Assembly: GCA_045633005.1 (NCBI GenBank)
Contig: JAZQXT010000047.1
Span: forward strand, 33,476 to 97,475
Direction: 5' to 3'
DNA length: 64,000 nt
From: Eubacteriales bacterium
GTDB lineage: Bacteria; Bacillota; Clostridia; Oscillospirales; CAG-272
Positions 38,160-46,457 of the stretch are shown here, piece by piece. The stretch's first letter is position 1. Every line of letters starts with the position of its first letter. Both the position numbers and the translations under genes were made by a program. The notes under the pieces are model-generated. The model worked only from the letters and a program-made list of their open reading frames with translations. It did no database searches and was not told the DNA's origin.

Positions 38160-38202
38160 ATTATAAAGACCAACATTGATGAACTGTAAAACGAATTTTA
38201 CA
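38160..38202 (-). promoter_or_regulatory. Promoter with palindromic operator and 19-bp spacer
   Basis: TGTAAAATTCGTTTTACA overlapping the -35, TATAAT 19 bp downstream; same geometry at 29640-29682. Confidence 0.6.
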
Positions 38203-38570
38203 ATTACATCAGTTAGATACATTGGACAATAACATAATCGACATTATGTTGCTAGTAGATCTTTTAAAACGCTATTTGTTTTTTAATTATACCATAAAAA
38301 CACAGAAACTACAATAAGTTTTGCCATATTTCATCAGGTTTCAATGAACACAAAAATAAATTAACACGACCGAAGAAGCCTTTTCACTCTTGTTTTTCAA
38401 ATAAGCGCGAAAAGGCTTTCTTGTTATGCCAAGATTCAGTTGCTATGTAACAATATTTGTAAACTCAGATGAGGCTACCACAGTCCCGAACAAGATCAAC
38501 AATGTCTTCAATATTCTTTATCAGAAAAGCCGTAACTTTTCATTTCTGATTTTAGCGTTTCAATATCAGT

Positions 38571-38837
38571 TTACAGCTCATCCGAAGGTTTCTTGTCATC
38601 CAAAAGGATGTCTTTAATCATAACATCAAGATTCCTGCCCATGCAGGACATACATGCCTCTTGAAGTTTTTTTGCCTTTTCCTCGGTATCGCAACCGAAC
38701 TTCATCAAAAAATCAACGAAAAACGATGACATACCAAAACAAAATTCTTGAATTGCCGATACAACATTTTCTCTTTCTTCGTCCGTAATTTCGAGTTTGA
38801 TATTTTCACATTCATTTGTATCCAAAGTAAACTTCAT
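38571..38837 (-). CDS. Hypothetical protein
   Basis: AAGGAG RBS, 88 aa. Confidence 0.55.
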   Translation of the reverse strand: MKFTLDTNECENIKLEITDEERENVVSAIQEFCFGMSSFFVDFLMKFGCDTEEKAKKLQEACMSCMGRNLDVMIKDILLDDKKPSDEL

Positions 38838-38994
38838 AATCTTATCTCCTTCATATAATTTATTTCATAAATACAACCAAATATTTCAAAATATATGTTC
38901 ATCAATGTGATTTTTTATTCGAGTCTTAACAACTGCTTTCATACTTGAATTCACCGTTATGTGAATTATTCAATATCAAATCACCAACATCCTC

Positions 38995-39250
38995 ACCAAT
39001 CCGAAACTCCCTTTTGATATGTACGTGTAGGTTAGCATGATTCTCTCCTCTTTTCTTTGGTACAGCAATTTGTTTGTCAATGCATTCTTTCAACTCGGTT
39101 ACGTGCGAAATAATGCCGACAAGGCGGTTGCCTTCGGTAAGGTTTTGAAGGGCTCTCATTGCCTGATTGAGGGATTCATAATCAAGAGAACCCTTGCCTT
39201 CGTCAACGAACATTGCATCAAGCTTAACGCCACCGGCGAACTTTCCACCG
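38995..39250 (-). pseudogene. SbcC C-terminal fragment joined to the 5' end of an alcohol dehydrogenase gene
   Basis: KLDAMFVDEGKGSLD...LVGIISHV.EL...IDKQI; then RBS + MLTYTYISKG matching 54635-54699. Confidence 0.75.
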
Positions 39251-39386
39251 CTCTGTTTTTATCCTCCAGTAGCAAGAGTGCCGCAAGAAAGCAGACGCGT
39301 TTGGGGCATGTCTGCTTTTGTGGATTTCGCCAGAAATATCGACACTAAAAATTAGTGCGTATTCGCTTCTTCAGGCCTTTTATGTG

Positions 39387-39575
39387 TTATTCCTTGAAAG
39401 AAAGACAACCCTGTCTTTCACGAGGATAATAATAGGATCTGTACCAACTGCAGTACTGCCTGCCGTTGCTATCCTTGTCGCGAGGATTCCAATAAATACA
39501 ACCATCTGCACAGTTGTGTCCACAGAATTTTCCGCAAGGGATCTTGATTTCACTTTCTTTTTTCTTGGTGTTCAT
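39387..39575 (-). CDS. Small Cys-rich protein (62 aa, 6 Cys)
   Basis: AAGGAG RBS; PCGKFCGHNCADGCIYW...YCSW...GCLSF. Confidence 0.7.
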   Translation of the reverse strand: MNTKKKESEIKIPCGKFCGHNCADGCIYWNPRDKDSNGRQYCSWYRSYYYPRERQGCLSFKE

Positions 39576-39588
39576 CTTTAATGCTCCT

Positions 39589-40041
39589 TTAAATAATTTT
39601 GATTTTATCTTCAAGAATGTGAACAGCATCTTCTTGTTTGATTGCTTTAAAAGATACCAACGCCACATTCGGAAGAACGATTGGAAAATACAAAGTTTTT
39701 ATGCTCGCGGGCATTGCCTGAAAGATTACTTTTATATACTCAATATCATCTCCAGACAATTTAGGTTGATTTGGGGGATGAGAGTGAAACATTCCGGCGA
39801 ACTCAATCCCTTTTTCTTCAATTTCACAAATTTTTGCATTTAGAAAATCAACATTAGGAATGTAAATCGCTCTCTTCCTTTGAGGCAAACTGTTATCGTA
39901 AAAACAAGAGCAAACGACTTCATTTTTTATGCCGATAATTCCACCGGTTTCTGGTGGAGCTAGCGGACAATTGATTATTTTTTCATATACATCTGTCAAA
40001 ATTTTCATCATTAGCTTCTTTTCATTATAATTAAATAACAT
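39589..40041 (-). CDS. JAB/MPN (Mov34) metallopeptidase
   Basis: PETGGIIG and GMFHSHP....LSGDD JAMM motif. Confidence 0.88.
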   Translation of the reverse strand: MLFNYNEKKLMMKILTDVYEKIINCPLAPPETGGIIGIKNEVVCSCFYDNSLPQRKRAIYIPNVDFLNAKICEIEEKGIEFAGMFHSHPPNQPKLSGDDIEYIKVIFQAMPASIKTLYFPIVLPNVALVSFKAIKQEDAVHILEDKIKII

Positions 40042-40296
40042 TAACTCCTAAGGCTGTTACTTTGGCTGCATCTAAGGCGCGCGAACACGAATTAGAATCA
40101 TCATCTTCTCTCCTTATCTTTCATGTGGATGCTCTGCGATCCATGCATATATTATACATTAATAAAGCGTAGCAATTCCGCATACCCTCCTCGGTATTGG
40201 TTTGATTTTTGAAAGTTTTTTGTATACTGATCATCTTGATACGTTATCAAGGGGATGAGTCTGCATGTTTGTTCACTGTCCTTTCTTTTGAATTTT

Positions 40297-40674
40297 TTAA
40301 ATTGCCATCTCGCAGAAGGTAAAATCGCCAAGCGCAGCTCTTGCGTACTTCTCCGAAAAGTAGCGAAGATATTTTTTATTATTCTCTTTTTTTGAAATAT
40401 ATTCAATCAGATAGATTTCAAATCCGCTATCTTTGGGGACTACAGAATAGACAATTCTTATTTGCTGGTTATTTATTCCTCTTCCCTTATAAACAAAAAG
40501 CTCATTATTGACACGATCATATATCACGGAGTCGAGATTGAAAAGCCTGTTCATATCTTTAACATCAAGAGTGGAGAGCTTTTCGTTTAACTTTAAAATG
40601 TTTTTTAGTAAAGACATTTTCATAGCACTATCTGCCTTCTTATACTGACATTTACTGTTTATAAATACTTTCAT
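40297..40674 (-). CDS. Hypothetical protein, possible RelE/ParE fold
   Basis: Basic 125-aa protein, LFVYKGR..QIRIVYSV; AAGGAG RBS. Confidence 0.5.
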   Translation of the reverse strand: MKVFINSKCQYKKADSAMKMSLLKNILKLNEKLSTLDVKDMNRLFNLDSVIYDRVNNELFVYKGRGINNQQIRIVYSVVPKDSGFEIYLIEYISKKENNKKYLRYFSEKYARAALGDFTFCEMAI

Positions 40675-41158
40675 TTTTGCCTTCTCCTTTTCATCGTGGC
40701 ATCTCTCGTGCCTATGTATATATTGTATATCAACCAAAGCAGCGTTTGCAATTTTAAAGCAAAATGGAAAAATTAGGTAAAAATATCAAACCTAATTTTT
40801 TACACAGCATTGCGAATCAAACCATTGCATCAATCACTCCACACGCCAGCGCTTCGTTCGCTGTCATGTGAAAAGAATTTTATGTACATGGTTTTATCTC
40901 CTTTTTTGTTTGTATCAATAGTCTACGCCAATTTTACTAACTACACAATAGGGATCCAAGGGAGAAGTAGTTAGTAAGCCGCATTTTTCGCTGTCTATCA
41001 AAATAATCGCACAACTACTACTTGCTTATGTATAGCAATACCACCTCACAAGCAAATAATCACTTACTTATTTATCGATTTTCAAAAAGCACACGTCGTA
41101 TTAGTTACAATATAAAAAGGCACCCGTTTGGGTGCCTAAGCAATTATTGATTCGTGGC

Positions 41159-43870
41159 TTATGATAATTGTCTCGGATTACTAACAAAAGACTGATAACC
41201 TTTGGGGAATCTGTCGTATTTCAAAAAAACGGTATTTGTATAGTTTTCCTCACATTCGTTATAAGTACATTGGGAGATATAGTATGACAAGAGGCGTCGC
41301 TGAAACCAATAATATCTGCTGTTTCGGCTTTCCTTTTCCATCCAACCACGATATTCCTTAATATAATCAATGTTCAAAGCAGAGTCGTTTTGGCTTGGCA
41401 AGGCAACTGTAACATCAAATTCAAAGGTGTTAAAAAAACGAAACGATCCGCAAATCATGGTCATCTCATTTATTCTCGACGGATAATATGGATTTTGCCT
41501 CTTTTGAAAGAAGTCGGCATAAAAAACCACTTTCAAAAGATGATTTAAAACGCTTTCCTTTTCTTCGTTTTTCTTTCCAAGAACCTCCTCCACAATAAAC
41601 GTGTCAGCATTACATTCTAAAGCCGGACAGCAAATATTGGATAAAGCATACAACCACAATTGCATTCCGTAGAGCTTTTTAACTGCATCGTCCCCCGAGG
41701 ACTGAATGCTAAAAGTAGTCTCATTAAAATTACATATTTCCTTGTCGTACGCTTTCCTTAGACACGATTTGGTTTTTTCATAATTTTCAGTAACCCAACT
41801 CTCGTACTGCGCACGTGAGGTCAAATCAAAAAACTCAAGGCTATCAATTGAGTCAAGTTTGCCTTGACAGAAGGTTTGATAGAAATAGAACTCCGGCTGT
41901 TGCTTAAACGTATAGTTTTCATCTCCCTCAAGAGTGATTTCCAACGCTTTCCGGAATTGCTCCTGAGGATACTTTTTAAAGAAAGCATTTTTCCTCATCA
42001 TTTCTCGCAACAGTGAAGCTTGTGCAGGGTAGAGTTGGCGACTACATGAAGCAGTAAATGCTGATTTCGTATTTTGATAGGTAAACAAATCGGGGTTTGT
42101 AGCCATTAAATAACACAATATATGGGCAGCAAGCTCTTGCTCAAAGCGACCGTTGTTTTTTACCTCGTAATTTTTAGCTCTTTCGATAAGCTCTATTATG
42201 AGTTTTTCTCTAAAATGTATACTCGCATGTGTTAATAATGATAATGCAAACAGAGAGGGCTCTGCCAACCTAAAATCCAAGTGGTCCATCAAATTATCCG
42301 GCTTTGAAAAATAAAACATCTGATCGATCGCAGCGCCTACTATATTAGTTTTTCCGGCCGTTTGATTTTCCTTGGATTCGCAAATGAACCTTTCTTCAAG
42401 AAAATAAGCCGTAAAAAAGCCATCCAAATATATGCGAACATATTTTTGCGAAAAGCGATATTTCCCATCTGAATGGTTTTCGATCAAGCCGTTATTAATA
42501 GCCTCCTTTAGCATATTTTCCTCTGCGTTTTCCATGCAACCATCACTTGAATAAGAATATGAAAACACGTGGTTTCCCTCGCGAGCGCTATTCGCCAATC
42601 GCCCAAGAAAGCATTGCATATCCAAAACAGAGTATTCTTTGTATTTTGTTTTATTTTTAAAAACTATTTGATTCAATGCGTTGTTTGCAAAGGATGCACA
42701 AGCTTCAAACAAAGGGGAAAACGTAATATCAAAGTCTATTTCGGTGCAACTATGAGACTTTATCGTGATGGAAGAAATTGTCTTTAAAATATCTATAGCA
42801 TCTTTGTTTTGCCTTCCGTCGTCTCCTCTGAAAAAATAATTAAATTCTTCAGGCTTGGCTTTGGAAAACAATTTGGATTCCAGCCGACGGGAATATTCTT
42901 TTTTCTTGCTATTGTAACTAGCAAAAAACTCTCTTCTTTTTTCTTTATTTGTATTTGTGGTAATATTCCATCCTTGCTGTTGCAGTTCTTCGATCGATAG
43001 AGTTGAATCTATATGACACCTCGGGGAATCCAGACATCCCAAAATTTCAGCCGCCAATTCTTCAATTTTTTTGGCGATATGAGCCTCATCCATTCCTTTT
43101 AATTGCTCCAAATATGCGCACACATCCCCACTTGTTAAATTGTAACAATTAAGAATGGAGAGATTTCTGCCAAGTACAATAGATATATATATTAATAAAT
43201 ATCCTAACTCCTGCGGCTTTTTTTCAAAAATCTTCTTGATTAATTTTGTATACGATACTTGATTACAATAAAAAGCCGTTCCGCTTGTTCCACCGTGAAG
43301 ATAAATCGTGCCATACTTAAATCTGAATGCAGGGCAAAACTTCAGATCACTCGTCTCCACTTGCGCGAGTCTTTTTCCTCCGAGCGTATAATGTTTAAGC
43401 AGTAGATTGGGCTTGGGTCTATCGGACATTTCCGTCAGCAAATTTTTTTCAATTATTTTTTTGAAATCAAAATCAATTACGCAAACTTTCTTGCTACCGC
43501 ACAGTCCTAGTGCGGACATGCTTAAAATATCCTCCACATCTAAAAGAGAGACTATCAAAGGCGATAGCGTTTTTTTGTGTGGGACTGTTTTTTTGGGGGA
43601 ATCAATAATATCATCTTTTTCAATTTCTATAATACGATTCTTTTTTCCTTGGAGGGGTGTAGAATTATCATCATTTTTACAAATTATTTTATATTTTTGG
43701 GTATTGGGATTAAAACCTATAATCACTCCTTCATAGTTTTTCCTTTTGTTATACCTGAATTGAATCGAGCTTCCAAACTCATAATCAAGTCCGTATTCCT
43801 TGGTTAAATCAGAGCAAATCGATTGCTCCAAATCTTTTGGTTCTTCAAATTCTAATTTAGATCGAGTCAT
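41159..43870 (-). CDS. Large AT-rich hypothetical protein with a STAND-like winged-helix motif
   Basis: ~900 aa; FLGRLA...NGLIE..DGKYRFSQKYVRIYLDGFFTAY; no clear Walker A. Confidence 0.65.
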   Translation of the reverse strand: MTRSKLEFEEPKDLEQSICSDLTKEYGLDYEFGSSIQFRYNKRKNYEGVIIGFNPNTQKYKIICKNDDNSTPLQGKKNRIIEIEKDDIIDSPKKTVPHKKTLSPLIVSLLDVEDILSMSALGLCGSKKVCVIDFDFKKIIEKNLLTEMSDRPKPNLLLKHYTLGGKRLAQVETSDLKFCPAFRFKYGTIYLHGGTSGTAFYCNQVSYTKLIKKIFEKKPQELGYLLIYISIVLGRNLSILNCYNLTSGDVCAYLEQLKGMDEAHIAKKIEELAAEILGCLDSPRCHIDSTLSIEELQQQGWNITTNTNKEKRREFFASYNSKKKEYSRRLESKLFSKAKPEEFNYFFRGDDGRQNKDAIDILKTISSITIKSHSCTEIDFDITFSPLFEACASFANNALNQIVFKNKTKYKEYSVLDMQCFLGRLANSAREGNHVFSYSYSSDGCMENAEENMLKEAINNGLIENHSDGKYRFSQKYVRIYLDGFFTAYFLEERFICESKENQTAGKTNIVGAAIDQMFYFSKPDNLMDHLDFRLAEPSLFALSLLTHASIHFREKLIIELIERAKNYEVKNNGRFEQELAAHILCYLMATNPDLFTYQNTKSAFTASCSRQLYPAQASLLREMMRKNAFFKKYPQEQFRKALEITLEGDENYTFKQQPEFYFYQTFCQGKLDSIDSLEFFDLTSRAQYESWVTENYEKTKSCLRKAYDKEICNFNETTFSIQSSGDDAVKKLYGMQLWLYALSNICCPALECNADTFIVEEVLGKKNEEKESVLNHLLKVVFYADFFQKRQNPYYPSRINEMTMICGSFRFFNTFEFDVTVALPSQNDSALNIDYIKEYRGWMEKESRNSRYYWFQRRLLSYYISQCTYNECEENYTNTVFLKYDRFPKGYQSFVSNPRQLS

Positions 43871-44221
43871 ATCCTTCTCCCTAAAAAATCGCAAGCTTGC
43901 TATATTTTATCATCAACTTTTCAGCAAATTGATAATTAGTGAATTGCTTAAAGTCTTTTTTACATCACTTATCTATTTGCTTACTAATATTTGCTCCTTC
44001 GCGCGGGCATATAGGCAATATACACAAAAATTATACCATAATCATGTGAATAAATCAATATAATAATTATCACATAATTAATATATATTTTTTCAAGGTT
44101 GTTTTGCAAAATATTGTACGTCATGTTGAATCAAATGAAAAAGCTGATGAAGGTTTTTGCGCCCTCATCAGCTTACTTTATTAGTTGTTATCAACAATAT
44201 GGCTTTCAACGCAGATTATCA

Positions 44222-44488
44222 TTAATCCTCAAGGGATTCAAGCATTAACCGTGCTCCGAGGCGGAAGGCATATTCGAACAGTGCCTCGTCCGAGAGGCTT
44301 ACGTACTCGTTCCAGCAATCGTTGAATTTTTCAAATATCGCCTTTTGTTCATCCGTCATCGTTTTTTGCAGATCATCGCTGTGTCTGCCGATGTACTCTA
44401 ACAGTTGCTTCATCTCGGGCGTGTTCTGTCTGCCATCCTCTGGCGGCATAACGTTCCCTCGCCACAGCTCTTTTATCATATTTTTCAT
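44222..44488 (-). CDS. DUF6809-like small protein
   Basis: IKELWRGNVMP...LFEYAFRLGARLMLE. Confidence 0.7.
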   Translation of the reverse strand: MKNMIKELWRGNVMPPEDGRQNTPEMKQLLEYIGRHSDDLQKTMTDEQKAIFEKFNDCWNEYVSLSDEALFEYAFRLGARLMLESLED

Positions 44489-44647
44489 AAGTTGCACCTC
44501 CTATAGCACAACACAATACCACAGAAGATAGAGAAAGTCCAGCTTTTTTGTGAAAATTGATCCACCTTTTTCACGGCTCTACTATTTGCTTACTGCAACG
44601 CAAATACTAATTATCCGCCAAGGGCTTTGCCCTTGGCGGATATTGCT

Positions 44648-45169
44648 TTACCCTGCCCTTCGCGCGCGTGTTACGGTAGGAACAAACGGGCTTGAGGCTA
44701 TCGTTTTCGCCATTTGCTCCATCGCGTCACAGCGGACGGCTTCCGCGCGCGAGATTGGGGCGGTCGCGGTCGGCTCGAATATGCGTCTGCAATACGGCTC
44801 GTCAAAGCTTTGCATGGCGATATATTCTCTGTTGCCTATGCGAATGCACGGGATCCTGCCGTCCTTCACCGCGCTTCTTATGAGTTTTTCTCCGATGCCC
44901 ATCGCGGGGCGGCTTCCCTTCAGCTCTGCCGCCGCCCCTCTGATGGTGCGGATATGTGGAATGCCGCCATTCCCTTCAAAGCCGAGAAGGCGGTTGAGTG
45001 TAGGCGCGAGCGCCTCCGCATCGGCGACCAGACGGTTACCATGGTAGGTATGCAGAAGCTGCTTTGCTTCTGCCAAAGCCGTAAGAAATGACGCTCCGAC
45101 GGCTGATGAAGGATCAAGCGTTTTTATTTCTGCGATAATACTCGGGATCGTTTTTATTCTCAACCGCAC
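44648..45169 (-). CDS. Excisionase-like tandem HTH DNA-binding protein
   Basis: Two repeats (IKTIPSII.EIK..DP / IRTIRGAA.ELK..RP), IPCIRIGNR; overlaps the integrase stop. Confidence 0.7.
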   Translation of the reverse strand: MRLRIKTIPSIIAEIKTLDPSSAVGASFLTALAEAKQLLHTYHGNRLVADAEALAPTLNRLLGFEGNGGIPHIRTIRGAAAELKGSRPAMGIGEKLIRSAVKDGRIPCIRIGNREYIAMQSFDEPYCRRIFEPTATAPISRAEAVRCDAMEQMAKTIASSPFVPTVTRARRAG

Positions 45170-46386
45170 TCCTCCCTTTCTTTATTCGTTACGATATCGG
45201 CAATCAGCTCGGCGGCGCGGCGTTTGGACGTATCGTAGGGAGTGAGATATTGTTCCGTGGTGCGGATGCTCTCGTGCCCGAACACCGCCTTGACCGTTTC
45301 AAGATCCGCGCCGTTCTCCACGAGGAGCGAGCCGCAGGTGTGGCGAAGTCCGTGGAGCTTGAGGTGACGCAATCCTCGGCGCTTTTCATAATCGCTGCAC
45401 ATTTCCGTGGGAGCATAGAGGCTTATCATATCTCCGAGCTCATTCGTAAACACAAATCCCTGCTCACGCCATCTTGCCCCCGCCGCACTTCTCTGCTCGT
45501 TCTGCTCCGCTTGCCATTCCAGCATTGCCATCTTGTATATATGCGAAAAATATACGGTGCGAATGCTGTTCTGCGACTTCGGAGCTTTGAGCGCTTGAGG
45601 CTTGCCCTTCTCCTTGTACGCGCTCTTGTTTACGGAGAGGGTGCAATTCTTAAAATCAATATCCTCCCACTTGAGCGCAACCACCTCACCGCGCCTGAGT
45701 CCCATGAGAAGCGCGGTCATAAGGAGTGCGCGTGTTCTCGGCGGCTCGTCCGACAGCCCTTCCATGAACGCCGCCGCTTCATCACGGTCGTATGCCCTGA
45801 CGGGTTCTTTTTTAATTTTCGGATACCGCACGGCTCCCATGCGTAGCTTGTTTTCTTCAACGAAGCCCATACGGTGCGCCTCGGTCATCAGAGAGGAAAA
45901 AACCGTGGCGTAACGCTTAACGGTCGATGCCGCGAGCGGCTTGACGTTACTCTTATCCGCACGCGCTTCGGGCGTGGTGAGGTAATCTATCAACGCCTGC
46001 TGATGCCTTGCCGTTATATCGGTCAAGCGTATTTTGCCGAAGGACGGGACTATAATATCCTCAATAACGGAGCGATAAAACGTCAGCGTGTTGGGGGAGA
46101 GATGTCCCTTTACGCTTTTGAAATAATGCTCTGCGGCAAAGGTGCCTACCGTCATTCCAAAGGGATCGACGGTATTTTCACCGCGCTTGCCGTGAACGTA
46201 TAGCCCGTTATGCACCGATGCCTCGAACAGCTTTGCAAATTCTTTGACTCCGCGCTGTGTTTCGCGTTCGGTAAAATCCTTCGGAGGCTTGTAGGTTGCT
46301 GATATAAGCTCCTGCTTGCCGTCCTTGCATCCATTGGATACTCTGACGCAATACGTGCCGTTCTTACGGCGATAGTATGATGCCAT
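45160..46386 (-). CDS. int: Tyrosine integrase (Tn916/ICEBs1-like)
   Basis: N-terminal arm-binding domain; GLRRGEVVALKW, HGLRHT, FGHESIRTTEQY. Confidence 0.93.
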   Translation of the reverse strand: MASYYRRKNGTYCVRVSNGCKDGKQELISATYKPPKDFTERETQRGVKEFAKLFEASVHNGLYVHGKRGENTVDPFGMTVGTFAAEHYFKSVKGHLSPNTLTFYRSVIEDIIVPSFGKIRLTDITARHQQALIDYLTTPEARADKSNVKPLAASTVKRYATVFSSLMTEAHRMGFVEENKLRMGAVRYPKIKKEPVRAYDRDEAAAFMEGLSDEPPRTRALLMTALLMGLRRGEVVALKWEDIDFKNCTLSVNKSAYKEKGKPQALKAPKSQNSIRTVYFSHIYKMAMLEWQAEQNEQRSAAGARWREQGFVFTNELGDMISLYAPTEMCSDYEKRRGLRHLKLHGLRHTCGSLLVENGADLETVKAVFGHESIRTTEQYLTPYDTSKRRAAELIADIVTNKEREECG

Positions 46387-46457
46387 TTTTTACACCTCCG
46401 TCATTAGATTAGCTCATCACGGTGGCTATTTCCACCGCCTGATGCTTTATGATAGCG

